Assembly (NCBI GenBank): GCA_944326555.1
Contig: CALVEK010000009.1
Coordinates: forward strand, 13,778 to 77,777
DNA length: 64,000 nt
Reading direction: 5' to 3'
Origin: Candidatus Gastranaerophilales bacterium
GTDB lineage: Bacteria; Cyanobacteriota; Vampirovibrionia; Gastranaerophilales; Gastranaerophilaceae
Both the position numbers and the translations under genes were made by a program. Within the stretch, counting starts at the first letter, position 1. Every line of letters starts with the position of its first letter. The notes under the pieces were generated by a model. That model was not told the origin of the DNA. It was given only the letters and a program-made list of their open reading frames with translations, and did no database searches. Shown piece by piece: positions 36,525 to 47,227 of the stretch.

Positions 36525-36734
36525 ATGCCAAAGATGAAAACACACCGCGCAGCAGCAAAACGCTACAAAGTAACTGCTTCCGGAAAAATCTTGAGACGTT
36601 CAGCAGGTACAAAACACTTGTTGCAACACAAATCAGTCAGCAGAAAAAGAAGACTTGCCGGTATGACTGAGGTATCTGAAACACATTTGGATTTAATTTC
36701 CAAAGAGTTACCGTACAAAAAATATTCAAGATAG
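36525..36734 (+). CDS. rpmI: 50S ribosomal protein L35
   Basis: The start is taken at MPKMKTHRAAAKRYK, with SD AAGGAG 8 nt upstream. The product is 69 aa. Confidence 0.9.
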   Translation: MPKMKTHRAAAKRYKVTASGKILRRSAGTKHLLQHKSVSRKRRLAGMTEVSETHLDLISKELPYKKYSR

Positions 36735-36747
36735 GAAGGGTTGAAAA

Positions 36748-37098
36748 ATGAGAGTAAAACGCGGAAACGTATTAAGAAAAAGACATAAAAAAATATTAAA
36801 GTTAGCTAAAGGCTTTATTGGTGCAAGAAGCAGAATCTTCAAAGTTGCTAATACTGCTGTAATGAAAAAACTTAAATATCAATACAGAGACAGACGCAAC
36901 AAAAAAAGAACTATGCGTCGTTTGTGGATTGTTAGAATTAACGCAGCTGTTAGACAACACGGTTTGAGCTATTCTAAATTTATGAACGCATTAAAGAAAG
37001 CTGATATCCAAGTTAACAGAAAAATGTTGGCTGAAATGGCTGTTAATGAACCTGAAGCATTTTCTGTTGTTGTAGAAACAGCAAAAGCTAAAGTTTAA
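36748..37098 (+). CDS. rplT: 50S ribosomal protein L20
   Basis: 116 aa beginning [26 protein letters not shown], typical of L20. Confidence 0.95.
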   Translation: MRVKRGNVLRKRHKKILKLAKGFIGARSRIFKVANTAVMKKLKYQYRDRRNKKRTMRRLWIVRINAAVRQHGLSYSKFMNALKKADIQVNRKMLAEMAVNEPEAFSVVVETAKAKV

Positions 37099-37122
37099 TA
37101 TTTAGTAAAAATTAATAAAAAT

Positions 37123-37155
37123 AGTCCGTTAGTTTATGACTTGCGGACTTTTTTT
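37123..37155 (+). terminator. Intrinsic terminator after rplT
   Basis: Stem AGTCCG (37123-37128) / CGGACT (37144-37149) followed by T7. Confidence 0.65.
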
Positions 37156-37171
37156 ATTATATTATTGTTAT

Positions 37172-37717
37172 ATGAAAAAATTAGTAAAACAGTTTTTTAT
37201 ACTAGCTATAATGCTTTTGATATCGCTTCCCACATCAGCACTTATTTTGCAAGGGAATGCAGAATTCAATGCAGAAATAGCAAGAGAAGAAACGTTTAAT
37301 AATGTTGTTTATTCACTTGATCCTAATTCATTTAAAGAATACTGGAATGACCCCAATCACGAGGTCAACTACTCTACACTAAAAAATGGTCAAAACCGTG
37401 TTGCAAACAGAGAGTTATCATTGTTCTCTGATGGAACGTACGGAGTAAGATATCTGTCAGATCCTTATCACAATTACTATTATGACCCCGAGGGAATACT
37501 TTTTAAGATAGATGTTTTAAACAAACCTTTCAATGTGTATCCACACCGTTCAATAGCTTACAACAGATACGGAACTTTCAAAAATGCAACTTTTGTAATT
37601 TCTAAAACAGAACAGTATCTTTATGATGCAAACAAAAAACTCTTAGGACATTGGGTTGGAAACGCCTGCTATGACAGCAAAGGCAACGTACTAATGCTGA
37701 GAAAAAATGCGGAATAA
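37172..37717 (+). CDS. Hypothetical secreted protein
   Basis: The start is taken at MKKLVKQFFILAIMLLISLPTSA (signal-peptide-like), because the longer ORF start at 37136 lies inside the rplT terminator. No recognised domain. Confidence 0.6.
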   Translation: MKKLVKQFFILAIMLLISLPTSALILQGNAEFNAEIAREETFNNVVYSLDPNSFKEYWNDPNHEVNYSTLKNGQNRVANRELSLFSDGTYGVRYLSDPYHNYYYDPEGILFKIDVLNKPFNVYPHRSIAYNRYGTFKNATFVISKTEQYLYDANKKLLGHWVGNACYDSKGNVLMLRKNAE

Positions 37718-37740
37718 AATCATAGCAATCGATTAAAATT

Positions 37741-38463
37741 ATGCAAATTCTTCATTTTGAAACAATAGATTCAACAAACACATATTCTCTTAAGCATTTT
37801 GATGAGCTTGAAGACATGTCGATAATAACTGCTGACACTCAAACAGCAGGTCGAGGAAGATTCCAAAGACAGTGGGTATCTGATGAAAAAGAAAATTTAT
37901 ACTTAACATTTGTGCTAAAACCTGACAAAAAAGAGCATCTGGCAAATCTTACACAATACCTGTGTGTTGTAATAGCCAAAATAATAGAAAGCTACGACAT
38001 ACAAACGCAAATAAAATGGCCAAACGACGTATTAATAAAAGGCAAAAAAATTAGCGGAATTCTATGCGAATCGTCGTTAAAACAAAATAAGATTCAAGGT
38101 GTGGTTCTTGGTACGGGTATAAACCTTAATATGAGTCCTCAATCAATAGAATTAATCAATAAGCCAGCAACATCGCTTAACATTGAAACAGGCTTTTCTA
38201 TCAACAAAAGTGATTTTCAGAATAAAATTATCAAAGAATTTTTCTTAAACTACAACAATTTAATAGAAAAAGGGTTTGATACAATAAAAAACGATTATAA
38301 AAAAAGAATAGATTTTATAGGAAAGAAAATAATCCTTACACAAAGAGATATCGCCCCAAAAGAGGAATATATCGCACAGGATATAGATAACTTTGGAAAT
38401 CTTGTTGTAAAAGACAAAAATGGTATAATCAAAACATTATTTTCAGGTGATTTAATCTTATAA
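37741..38463 (+). CDS. birA: Biotin--[acetyl-CoA-carboxylase] ligase (class I, no HTH)
   Basis: 240 aa with the GRGRFQRQW motif (GRGRxGRxW), KWPNDV and GIGIN-like GTGINLN. Confidence 0.9.
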   Translation: MQILHFETIDSTNTYSLKHFDELEDMSIITADTQTAGRGRFQRQWVSDEKENLYLTFVLKPDKKEHLANLTQYLCVVIAKIIESYDIQTQIKWPNDVLIKGKKISGILCESSLKQNKIQGVVLGTGINLNMSPQSIELINKPATSLNIETGFSINKSDFQNKIIKEFFLNYNNLIEKGFDTIKNDYKKRIDFIGKKIILTQRDIAPKEEYIAQDIDNFGNLVVKDKNGIIKTLFSGDLIL

Positions 38464-38503
38464 ATAAGATAAAATAACTTTGTTAACAAAAAAGGAAAAA
38501 ACA

Positions 38504-38803
38504 ATGCTAGAACAACAAAAAAACAAGTCGGAAAGCAAAATTATAATAACAGTCTCAGGCGTTGACAGGATTGGCATCGTAGCCAAAATTGCAAACATAC
38601 TTGCAGAAAATAAAGTCAACATAGAAGACATAAAGCAAAGCATCATGCAAGATTATTTTGTAATGTTTTTGCTTGGCGATATTTCTCAATCAGAAAAGAC
38701 TTTTAAAGAAATAAAAGAAGCAATCCTCAAAGCAGGCGAAGAATTACAAATGGAAATATGGGTTCAAAAAAAACAAATCTTTGACAAAATGCACAATATA
38801 TAG
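38504..38803 (+). CDS. ACT-domain protein (UPF0237-like)
   Basis: The start is at the second Met, with SD AAAGGA 7 nt upstream. IITVSGVDRIGIVAKIANILAENKVNI is a typical ACT fold start. It forms a conserved pairing with the following UPF0210 gene. Confidence 0.75.
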   Translation: MLEQQKNKSESKIIITVSGVDRIGIVAKIANILAENKVNIEDIKQSIMQDYFVMFLLGDISQSEKTFKEIKEAILKAGEELQMEIWVQKKQIFDKMHNI

Positions 38804-38881
38804 AACTAACCCAAAATCGCAAATTGCAGAAACTAACTTCTACAAGCAAAGCACAGCTCAAACAAATTTAAGGAATACAAA

Positions 38882-40249
38882 ATGACATATATTAACTCTG
38901 ACTACATACTGGAAACAATAGACATGATTCGTGTACATCACCTTGACATAAGGACTGTAACACTGGCATTAAGCCTTAGAGACTGTTGCGACACAGATGT
39001 AAAAATTGTTGGAGAAAAAGTTTATAACAAAATAACCAAATATGCAAAGAATCTTGTCTCAATGGCACAAGAGATTGAAGAGGAATATTCAATACCCATA
39101 ATAAACAAAAGAATCTCTGTTACACCAATTTCTCTTGTCGGTGAATCCTGTAAAGATTATGACTACGTTTATCTTGCAAAAGTTTTGGATAAAGCTGCCG
39201 CAGATGTTGGCGTAAACTTTATCGGCGGTTTTGGAGCACTTGTAGAAAAAGGCTGTACAAGAGGTGATATTGCACTTATAGAAAGTATTCCCGAAGCACT
39301 TGCGCAAACAGAACGCATTTGTTCCTCAATAAACGTTGCAAGTTCAAAAGCAGGAATCAACATGGATGCAGTCTTAAAAATGGGTAAAACCATAAAAAAA
39401 GCCGCAGAACTAACGGCAGACAGAGACGGTATAGGAGCTGCAAAGTTGGTATGTTTCTGTAACGTTCCGGGAGATAATCCATTTATGGCGGGAGCATTCC
39501 ATGGTTATGGAGAACCTGAATGTGCATTAAATGTCGGAGTATCAGGCCCCGGAGTAGTAAGAGCAGCAATAGAAGCCTTACCTGATAACACTAATTTTGG
39601 TGATATGGCAAATAAAATTAAACAAATAGCCTACAAAATAACCTCGACAGGAGAACTTGTCGGAAGAGAAATGGCGCAAAGAATGAATATACCGTTTGGC
39701 ATAATCGACCTTTCTCTTGCTCCGACACCAGAAATCGGAGACAGCGTTGCAGGGATATTTCAGGCAATGGGGTTAGAACACGCAGGAGCCCATGGCACAA
39801 CGGCAGCTCTTGCAATGTTGAATGATGCGGTTAAAAAAGGCGGAATAATGGCAAGCTCTCATGTTGGCGGGCTATCAGGTGCATTCATCCCTGTTTCGGA
39901 GGATGCAGGAATGATTGAGGCAGCAACAAGAGGCTGTTTAACTTTTGACAAACTTGAGGCGATGACCTCTGTTTGTTCTGTAGGTCTTGATATGATAGCT
40001 ATCCCGGGAGATACTCCTTCTGATACAATATCAGGTATAATTGCCGATGAGATGGCGATAGGAATGATTAACAAAAAAACAACCGCAGTTAGAGTCATAC
40101 CTGCACCAAATAAAAAAGTAGGCGATAAGGTTGTATTTGGAGGATTACTTGGAGAAGCACCAATAATGCCTATCAACACTTTATCTTCGAGCAAATTTGT
40201 ACAAAGAGGAGGAAGAATTCCTGCTCCGATACACAGCTTGAACAATTAA
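38882..40249 (+). CDS. UPF0210/DUF711-family protein
   Basis: 455 aa. The N-terminus [22 protein letters not shown] and the overall size and partnering with an ACT protein match the UPF0210 family. Confidence 0.7.
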   Translation: MTYINSDYILETIDMIRVHHLDIRTVTLALSLRDCCDTDVKIVGEKVYNKITKYAKNLVSMAQEIEEEYSIPIINKRISVTPISLVGESCKDYDYVYLAKVLDKAAADVGVNFIGGFGALVEKGCTRGDIALIESIPEALAQTERICSSINVASSKAGINMDAVLKMGKTIKKAAELTADRDGIGAAKLVCFCNVPGDNPFMAGAFHGYGEPECALNVGVSGPGVVRAAIEALPDNTNFGDMANKIKQIAYKITSTGELVGREMAQRMNIPFGIIDLSLAPTPEIGDSVAGIFQAMGLEHAGAHGTTAALAMLNDAVKKGGIMASSHVGGLSGAFIPVSEDAGMIEAATRGCLTFDKLEAMTSVCSVGLDMIAIPGDTPSDTISGIIADEMAIGMINKKTTAVRVIPAPNKKVGDKVVFGGLLGEAPIMPINTLSSSKFVQRGGRIPAPIHSLNN

Positions 40250-40254
40250 GATTG

Positions 40255-40827
40255 TTAATCCTTACTGATAGTACCAACAACGTTATAAACAAAAGAACAA
40301 ACAGCACCCAAAGCAACACCCGGAAGAATGTATGCTGTATAAGGTCTCATTTGTTTAACGGAAGTTTTTATATAATTTTCATTCAGATTTCTTGCTGCTC
40401 TAACTTTATTTATGACTTTTTGCGTAAGAGTTTTAATTTCATTTCTTACATTTTCGGGAGCCGCCTTAATCTTTTCTTTTGCAGCACGTGCAAGCAAAAC
40501 TGCCTCTTTTTTCAACTGAACATTGCCTGTTTCTTGAGCATTAGCATACTTAACAGAGGCTTTTGTTCTTTCCAAAAACAGTTTTAGAGCTTCGTTGTCT
40601 CTATCTTTTACAAACATTTTTATAACATCATCAATTGCATTTTTTCTTGCACGTTTGATATTGTTTTGTCTTATAACATCAGATTCGCCAAACAAAACAG
40701 AATCCATCTCGGATTTTAAAACAGGCTTAAACTGACGGACAGCAAGTCCCATAGCCCCGCCAACCGCCATGGCCGCAGGTATGCTAACATTCTTAGGCTC
40801 TGTGTTTGTTACTACAGAAACTTGCAT
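40255..40827 (-). CDS. Hypothetical membrane protein
   Basis: 190 aa with hydrophobic segments at both ends (IPAAMAVGGAMGLAV and YILPGVALGAVCSFVYNVVG) flanking a basic helical region. Confidence 0.6.
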   Translation of the reverse strand: MQVSVVTNTEPKNVSIPAAMAVGGAMGLAVRQFKPVLKSEMDSVLFGESDVIRQNNIKRARKNAIDDVIKMFVKDRDNEALKLFLERTKASVKYANAQETGNVQLKKEAVLLARAAKEKIKAAPENVRNEIKTLTQKVINKVRAARNLNENYIKTSVKQMRPYTAYILPGVALGAVCSFVYNVVGTISKD

Positions 40828-40942
40828 AATAATAACCTATATATTACAAAATTCTCTTCTTACAATTTTAAAAAATAGAGTCTAAAACCTTGCCCCAAGA
40901 GCGTTTAGCTCTTTCGAGCACCCTTAAACATAAATTTTTTAT

Positions 40943-40971
40943 ATTGTATCACTGCAATAATTGTCTGTCAA
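40943..40971 (-). promoter_or_regulatory. Near-consensus sigma70 promoter
   Basis: The minus strand reads TTGACA (complement of 40966-40971), 17 nt, then TACAAT (complement of 40943-40948). It lies about 115 nt upstream of the ATG at 40827. Confidence 0.55.
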
Positions 40972-40983
40972 TACAATCTTTTA

Positions 40984-42495
40984 TTATTTATTATCAGAGT
41001 TAACACTATTTAATAAAAATTTTTCAAGCCCGTCTTTTATTGACTCAGCAGCCTTATTTCTGAATTTATCATCCAAAAGTAATGTATATTCCTCAGGATG
41101 AATCATATAAGCCACCTCAATTACAACAGACAGAGGCATTGTAGGTCTAGTCATTACAAAGCTGCAATTGCAAACACCGTCATCACGAGTTTCCAACTCT
41201 TTTATCATGGTATCTCTCAAGACTTTTGCAAGCTCAGCAGATTCTTTGTTGTAATAAAAAACAGAAGTACCATGTTTTTCGTAAGGGTTCGCGCCATCAG
41301 CCAAAGCATTTGCATGTATACTGAGAAGAATCAATGCATCAGATTTCTTTGCAACTTTTGGTCGCTCATACAAAGGAACATCCACATCCTCAACCCTTGT
41401 CATAACGACCTGTGCGCCTGAGGCTTCAAGCGTTTTTTGCAATTTTTTTGCAATATCCAAATTGATTTCTTTTTCTTTTACACCGGTAGGTCCGATTGCT
41501 CCGTAATCAGCTCCGCCATGGCCTGCATCTATGGCTATTGTAATTCCGTTAAGAGGCTTTGCTGTATCAATTTTTGGAGCCTTTCTTATCCTTAAAACAA
41601 GTTCCTTACCCTCATAATAAGCCTCATACCCCCACAAATTTTGGTTTAATTCAACAAAATATGTAGAAACATTATCGGAAGAAACTGTGTTTATTGCCAA
41701 ACTTTTTAGAGTCTCATCAGGAGCAAACAATTTTGTATCTGCGTTATTAGCTTTGATATTATACAAATTCAACATTAAACCATTGTCCGTCTCTGTTATT
41801 TTATAAGGAACAGGAAAATCCAGCGAGGTTCTTATATACTCATACAATTTGTCTTCACTAACATTAACATCCGAAGCAACAGCAAGCATTTTCCCATTGA
41901 TAGTTGAATAATTAACAACACTGTCAGCCTTAATCCAAGCATTTTGAGTCGGAGTCAAAGAAACTCTAAAATAATCTCCCTTTTTGCCATTCAACATCAA
42001 AACAGTATCAGCATTAAGGTGAGTGAGTCTTTTTGAATTCTCATCAGGCTGAGCTCTTAACGGTGTATTATTTTTTACAACTGCCGCATAAATATACTCG
42101 TTAGGTGCAAATTCTGTCAAATCTTTATCCGTTACAGTAAGTGTTTTTGGAGGCACTTTCTTTACAATATAAGATAATATTTCGTGTTCCAAACCATCAA
42201 CAGATTCAATTTTTATGCGATTAAAACCATCTTTTAGAGGAACAACCTCAACAAAAGAGCCATTTTCGTGAACTTTAACTTCCTTATCATTAATAGTCAA
42301 CTTAGACCCCGGTGTAGCATTACCGACAATAAAAGTGGAATTTGCACTAATCTCGGTATTCGGAGTCTTTGGATAAACTATCTGCAATGCATCAGCTTTA
42401 GACCTATCAACAACAAAAGCGATGATACAAATCAACGATAACAAAAAGCATGTATTTCTAAAAAATTTCATAACAAAATTATTTATCAAATACAT
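40984..42495 (-). CDS. N-acetylmuramoyl-L-alanine amidase (Amidase_3/AmiC type) with N-terminal beta-rich domains
   Basis: 503 aa with a signal/anchor MKFFRNTCFLLSLICIIAFVV (alternative start 42471). The C-terminal catalytic domain reads ITIAIDAGHGGADYGAIG...LSIHANA. Confidence 0.85.
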   Translation of the reverse strand: MYLINNFVMKFFRNTCFLLSLICIIAFVVDRSKADALQIVYPKTPNTEISANSTFIVGNATPGSKLTINDKEVKVHENGSFVEVVPLKDGFNRIKIESVDGLEHEILSYIVKKVPPKTLTVTDKDLTEFAPNEYIYAAVVKNNTPLRAQPDENSKRLTHLNADTVLMLNGKKGDYFRVSLTPTQNAWIKADSVVNYSTINGKMLAVASDVNVSEDKLYEYIRTSLDFPVPYKITETDNGLMLNLYNIKANNADTKLFAPDETLKSLAINTVSSDNVSTYFVELNQNLWGYEAYYEGKELVLRIRKAPKIDTAKPLNGITIAIDAGHGGADYGAIGPTGVKEKEINLDIAKKLQKTLEASGAQVVMTRVEDVDVPLYERPKVAKKSDALILLSIHANALADGANPYEKHGTSVFYYNKESAELAKVLRDTMIKELETRDDGVCNCSFVMTRPTMPLSVVIEVAYMIHPEEYTLLLDDKFRNKAAESIKDGLEKFLLNSVNSDNK

Positions 42496-42525
42496 GCTTT
42501 TTGCAAAAATTTAAAATTTATTAAA

Positions 42526-44043
42526 CTACTTATCCAAAGGTCTCATAGTAGGGAATGCGATAACGTCTCTAATAGTTTGAGAATCAGTTAACAACATAAC
42601 CAATCTGTCAATACCCATACCCATACCGCCTGTAGGTGGCATGCCGTATTCAAGAGAAGTAATAAAGTCTTCATCCAGCTCCATTGCTTCTTCATCACCA
42701 TTTGCCTTGGCAAGAGCTTGAGCTTCAAATCTGCTTCTTTGGTCAATCGGATCAGTAAGCTCAGAGAAAGCATTTGCCAATTCCCAACCGTTGATTCTTG
42801 TTTCAAAACGTTCAGTTAATCTTGAATTATCTCTGTGAACTTTTGCAAGCGGAGATATTTCTCTCGGATAATCAATAATATGGCAAGGTTGAATTAAAGA
42901 AGGTTCGATTTTTTCCTCAAACACAGCTTCAACAACCTGACCCCAGTTCATTTCATCATCAACAGAAACGTTAAGTTTTCTTGCTGCCTCAATAGCTTGG
43001 TGAGCATCATATATTTCCATAAAGTCTACGCCGGTAGCTTCTTTGATAGAGCCAAGCATTGTCTTTCTATCCCATGGCGGAGTCAAATCGATTTCGTTTT
43101 CACCATATTTTATCTTCATTGTGCCAAGAACTTCTTGAGCAACATAAGCGACCATATTTTCAGTTAAAGTCATCATATCATTGTAATCAGCATAAGCCTG
43201 ATAAAGTTCAATCATAGTAAACTCAGGGTTATGACGTGTATCGATACCCTCATTTCTAAAGCATCTGCCGATTTCATAAACTCTTTCCGAAACGCCACCT
43301 ACAATCAATCTTTTGAGGTACAACTCAAGAGCAATTCTCAAAGTCAAATCCATATCCAACGCATTGTGATGAGTTGTAAATGGTCTTGCATTTGCACCTG
43401 ATGCTGTTGTTTGCAATATCGGAGTTTCTACTTCCAAAAATCCTGCTTTTGCAAGATACTCTCTGATTTTTTGAATTATCAAACTTCTTTTTCTGAAAGT
43501 ATCACGAACATCTTCGTTCATTATCATATCAACATAACGTTGTCTGTATCTTGTTTCTACGTCAGTTAGTCCATGGAATTTTTCAGGAAGAGGCAATAAT
43601 GATTTAGATAAAATTTTGTAATCGGTAGCTTTAATTGAAAGCTCGCCTCTTGGTGTTCTTCTGATAGTTCCTTGGAAACCTACGATATCACCAATATCCA
43701 CTAATTTTAACGTTTTAAACTTATCTACATCCATATTTTCTTTGTGTGAAAAGATTTGGATTTTTCCTGTAGCATCCATAAGATCAATGAACATGCCTGT
43801 ATTACGGATAGCCATAACTCTACCTGCAACGAGATATTCGTCATTTGTTTCTTCTCCTGCAGGGAGTTCTTTATATTTTTCCTGCAACATTTTTGCAGAA
43901 GCATTTTTGTCGTAAGAATACGGATAAGGATTAATACCCTTATCAGCCAATTCCGTTAACTTTTGTATTCTTGTATTTCTGATTGCATTAAGCGTTGGAG
44001 CACTCGCAGCAAGAGTATTGTTTGTAGAATGATTATCAGACAT
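42526..44043 (-). CDS. lysS: Lysine--tRNA ligase (class II)
   Basis: 505 aa with an OB anticodon-binding domain and class II motifs (CFRNEGIDTRHNPEFTMIELYQAY, GMGIDRLVMLLT). SD AAGGA. Confidence 0.95.
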   Translation of the reverse strand: MSDNHSTNNTLAASAPTLNAIRNTRIQKLTELADKGINPYPYSYDKNASAKMLQEKYKELPAGEETNDEYLVAGRVMAIRNTGMFIDLMDATGKIQIFSHKENMDVDKFKTLKLVDIGDIVGFQGTIRRTPRGELSIKATDYKILSKSLLPLPEKFHGLTDVETRYRQRYVDMIMNEDVRDTFRKRSLIIQKIREYLAKAGFLEVETPILQTTASGANARPFTTHHNALDMDLTLRIALELYLKRLIVGGVSERVYEIGRCFRNEGIDTRHNPEFTMIELYQAYADYNDMMTLTENMVAYVAQEVLGTMKIKYGENEIDLTPPWDRKTMLGSIKEATGVDFMEIYDAHQAIEAARKLNVSVDDEMNWGQVVEAVFEEKIEPSLIQPCHIIDYPREISPLAKVHRDNSRLTERFETRINGWELANAFSELTDPIDQRSRFEAQALAKANGDEEAMELDEDFITSLEYGMPPTGGMGMGIDRLVMLLTDSQTIRDVIAFPTMRPLDK

Positions 44044-44121
44044 TTGTGTTTCCTTTTTCTTACTTCATTAATACTTATTTTATCATCAAAAAAATTTTTG
44101 TTTACATGTTATTATGTCAGT

Positions 44122-45039
44122 ATGTTAGACGAATTGACCTTGAATAATTTTTATACAGCACTAAAAGAAATGGAAGACGCAAACGGAGCATTTCTAAACA
44201 CGGATTTGGAAGATCCGTCTTTTGTTCTTGAATTAAAATATGACAGGCATACATTTATCGAAGATATAAAAAGAGCATTGAGCCCTTTTGAAGAAAGCCA
44301 AAAGCTAAATATAACGGGATTTTTTGGTTTTGTACTTGAAGAACATGAAACTTTTACCTCGTTAAGAGGTTATCCTTCTATTGAAAATCTCAATAAAGAA
44401 GATGCCATCTCATACGCCAAAGTTTATCACTACGTAAAGAACTTTGTCTCGGATAATGAAATAACAATAAAAAATCACCCTGTAACAACAAAATGCCTAA
44501 ACAGTATAATAGCAGCATTCCCCGAGTTTTTGACACTTGTTGGCAAAGTCCAACACCACACTCACAGCTACAGTGTTGATGTACATACATTAAAAGTTTT
44601 GCAAGGGGTAATGAAAAATCCGCTATTTAAAACATTAAAGGAAGACGATAAATTTGCACTTCAAATGGCGGTTCTTATGCATGACATAACAAAAAAAGAA
44701 GGTGAAATTGACAAATCGCACCCCGCTTGTTCTGCAAAAGACGCTTCTTTTATTCTTAATAAAATTGATATCCCAATAGAATTAAAATCAAAAATATGTC
44801 TTTTAATCAAAAACCACGACTGGCTTGAAAGATACAACAAAGGCATAACAACGGCACAGGAATTTGCCGACATTTTCGCAGAAGATAACTACATTTTTTT
44901 GATGCTGTGTATTCTTGCAGAAGCAGACCTAAAAGCCGTTCAAAGAGGCGGAGCTTTTTACAATAAATATTCTGCAACTCTAAATCAGGGTTACAAAGAA
45001 ATCAGCGAACTTATTCAAAAAAAAGTTACCGCTGCATAA
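44122..45039 (+). CDS. HD-domain protein
   Basis: The start is taken at MLDELTLNNF (Met54 of the listed ORF), because the upstream part overlaps lysS. HD signature HTHSYSVDVHT...LMHDITK...KNHDW. Confidence 0.7.
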   Translation: MLDELTLNNFYTALKEMEDANGAFLNTDLEDPSFVLELKYDRHTFIEDIKRALSPFEESQKLNITGFFGFVLEEHETFTSLRGYPSIENLNKEDAISYAKVYHYVKNFVSDNEITIKNHPVTTKCLNSIIAAFPEFLTLVGKVQHHTHSYSVDVHTLKVLQGVMKNPLFKTLKEDDKFALQMAVLMHDITKKEGEIDKSHPACSAKDASFILNKIDIPIELKSKICLLIKNHDWLERYNKGITTAQEFADIFAEDNYIFLMLCILAEADLKAVQRGGAFYNKYSATLNQGYKEISELIQKKVTAA

Positions 45040-45056
45040 TGTAAAATAATCTAAAA

Positions 45057-46010
45057 CTATAATCCTATATTTTGATTCAGCTTTAACTCATCAATTAATT
45101 CCAAAACAGAAGCAAACTCTTCAATCATATTTTTGAATTGTTGATAATCACAAATTGGTTTATATACTTTTGCAACCTTAAACAAATCCCTGCTAACCGA
45201 TACAGCTATCAAAATCCCTGAACTTTGCAAAGAAGCCTCAATTTTACTGGATTTAAAAGCAAAACCTATATTTTTAAACCTTTCCATAAAAGCCGTCGTC
45301 AAAACATACCTTGCTTCTATCTGGTCGGTAGAATAAACATTGAATCTCTTTTCAAATTCAACATCTTCAAGATTAACTTCCTCAAGTCCCGATGGAGTAA
45401 AATTAACTAAACCTCTTTTTTTAATAAGAGTAGTCCCTGAAAATCTTTTTTTAGGGAAAAGCCCAACAAGAACACCTTTAAACCTGACTGTATAAGAAGA
45501 ATTTTTGCCGCTGCCTGTCTTTTTGCCAAGCTCTGTCTCACATATATAAATATCAACATCTTTGTATGTACCTTTGAAAGATTCGTCATCAAATCTTCTG
45601 TTATAATCAGCAAAAAGTCTTGTATCATTTATAAAAGAATCTGTTAAAACTCCATTTTCTGACCAATTAAAGGATCCAAGCCCTTTTAGAAAAATAGGCA
45701 TAATTTTTTCTTTAATTTTATTTTCAAAACTCTTTGATATTCCAAAAGGCAAATAACAAAGAAACAAAAAAAGCAAACCGGGGGGAGTTAATATCAGTTC
45801 AACCGCATCAGAGTCCCAACCTTTGAATATAACTGATGAATTTACAATCAAGTATAAAGTAACTATCCCCACTACAAATGCACAAATTGCAGCCAATACA
45901 CACTTTAAAAAAGCAAGTTTCCTTTCTTCTTCCAACGGTGCAATAAGTCTCAATACCACATTGTAGTATACTTTATCAAAATTTTTTCTAAATTCTTCAA
46001 CACTCTGCAT
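45057..46010 (-). CDS. Hypothetical 2-TM membrane protein, DUF3137-like
   Basis: It has two TM helices after an N-terminal helix. The C-terminal VNLEDVEFEKRFNVYSTDQIEARYVLTTAFMERF matches my recollection of the DUF3137 signature. An alternative start lies at 46055. Confidence 0.55.
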   Translation of the reverse strand: MQSVEEFRKNFDKVYYNVVLRLIAPLEEERKLAFLKCVLAAICAFVVGIVTLYLIVNSSVIFKGWDSDAVELILTPPGLLFLFLCYLPFGISKSFENKIKEKIMPIFLKGLGSFNWSENGVLTDSFINDTRLFADYNRRFDDESFKGTYKDVDIYICETELGKKTGSGKNSSYTVRFKGVLVGLFPKKRFSGTTLIKKRGLVNFTPSGLEEVNLEDVEFEKRFNVYSTDQIEARYVLTTAFMERFKNIGFAFKSSKIEASLQSSGILIAVSVSRDLFKVAKVYKPICDYQQFKNMIEEFASVLELIDELKLNQNIGL

Positions 46011-46092
46011 TTTTAGATAATACCCTATCTGTTTAAAATTTAAACATACGTTCATATTAGATGTTATAATAGCGGTAAAACGGTACCAACAG

Positions 46093-47220
46093 ATGTTTGT
46101 AAAATCAATTGAATTAAAAAATTACAGAAACTACGAGAATCTGAGCATAAATTTCAACTCGGATAAAATTCTTTTGATAGGAAAAAATGCACAAGGAAAA
46201 ACGAATTTACTGGAATCCTTGTACTATTTGTCTTGTCTTAGTAGCGCAAGAGCAAAAACAGACAGTGAACTTATACTATGGAACAAAGATTTTGCTAAAG
46301 TAAAAGCAACTGTTGAAAAACAAGAACTCGAACGAGAACTGGAAATAACAATAAACCCGCCCAAAAGAAAAGAACTCAAAGTCAACGGAGTAAAAAAGAA
46401 CAAATCTTCTGATTTTTGTACCAATCTTTCTGTTGTTTCATTTTCGGTAAACGACCTTTTACTTTTAAGAGGAGTCCCTGACGACCGCAGAGATTGGCTT
46501 GATATGGCAATTAGCCAAATTTATCCTGCTTACCCTGACAGAATCTCAAAATACAACAAAATACGAATTCAAAAAAATAATCATCTAAAAGAAATCAAAG
46601 GGAACATAAATGCAGATACTTCACTTTTAGATGTTTTCAATACTCAATTGGCAATATCGGGAAGTAATATTATTTTTTTAAGACTCAAGTTCTTAAAAGA
46701 AATCCAAAAAATCGCTATGGAAAAACATCTTCAGATTGCACAAAAAGAGATACTGACAACTTTCTATAATTCTACCGTAACTTCGGAAATCGATTTTAGT
46801 ATCGAAAATATACCCACAGTTGAAGATATAGCACAAATGTTCAACCAAAAACTGGAAGAAAGAAAACTCGAAGAGATAATTCGAGCTCAATCACTCGTAG
46901 GGCCGCATAGAGATGATGTTTCTTTTCTTATCAATGACATTGAAGCAAAAAAATTCGCCTCACAAGGCCAACAAAGAACAATTGTCCTCAGCCTTAAACT
47001 GGCAGAACTTGAACTGATAAAAGAAAAAATAAACGACACTCCAATTTTACTGCTTGATGATGTACTGGCAGAACTGGATAACGTAAGGCAAAATTACCTT
47101 TTAAATGCAATCGGCAGCCAAACACAAACCATAATCACATCTGTTGATACACTGCATTTTGATGATGAATATCTAAAAGATGTAGAAATCTTTAAAATCT
47201 CCGAAGGAATGGTTGTTTAA
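46093..47220 (+). CDS. recF: DNA replication and repair protein RecF
   Basis: 375 aa with Walker A GKNAQGKTNLLES, signature GQQRT and Walker B LLLDDVLAELD. Confidence 0.95.
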   Translation: MFVKSIELKNYRNYENLSINFNSDKILLIGKNAQGKTNLLESLYYLSCLSSARAKTDSELILWNKDFAKVKATVEKQELERELEITINPPKRKELKVNGVKKNKSSDFCTNLSVVSFSVNDLLLLRGVPDDRRDWLDMAISQIYPAYPDRISKYNKIRIQKNNHLKEIKGNINADTSLLDVFNTQLAISGSNIIFLRLKFLKEIQKIAMEKHLQIAQKEILTTFYNSTVTSEIDFSIENIPTVEDIAQMFNQKLEERKLEEIIRAQSLVGPHRDDVSFLINDIEAKKFASQGQQRTIVLSLKLAELELIKEKINDTPILLLDDVLAELDNVRQNYLLNAIGSQTQTIITSVDTLHFDDEYLKDVEIFKISEGMVV

Positions 47221-47227
47221 CCCCTTG

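Noticed and set aside
46011-46092. Replication origin or DnaA-box cluster near recF
   Set aside because: dnaA and dnaN are not adjacent. Only isolated imperfect TTATCCACA-like strings (e.g. near 49385 and 37547) were seen, with no cluster.
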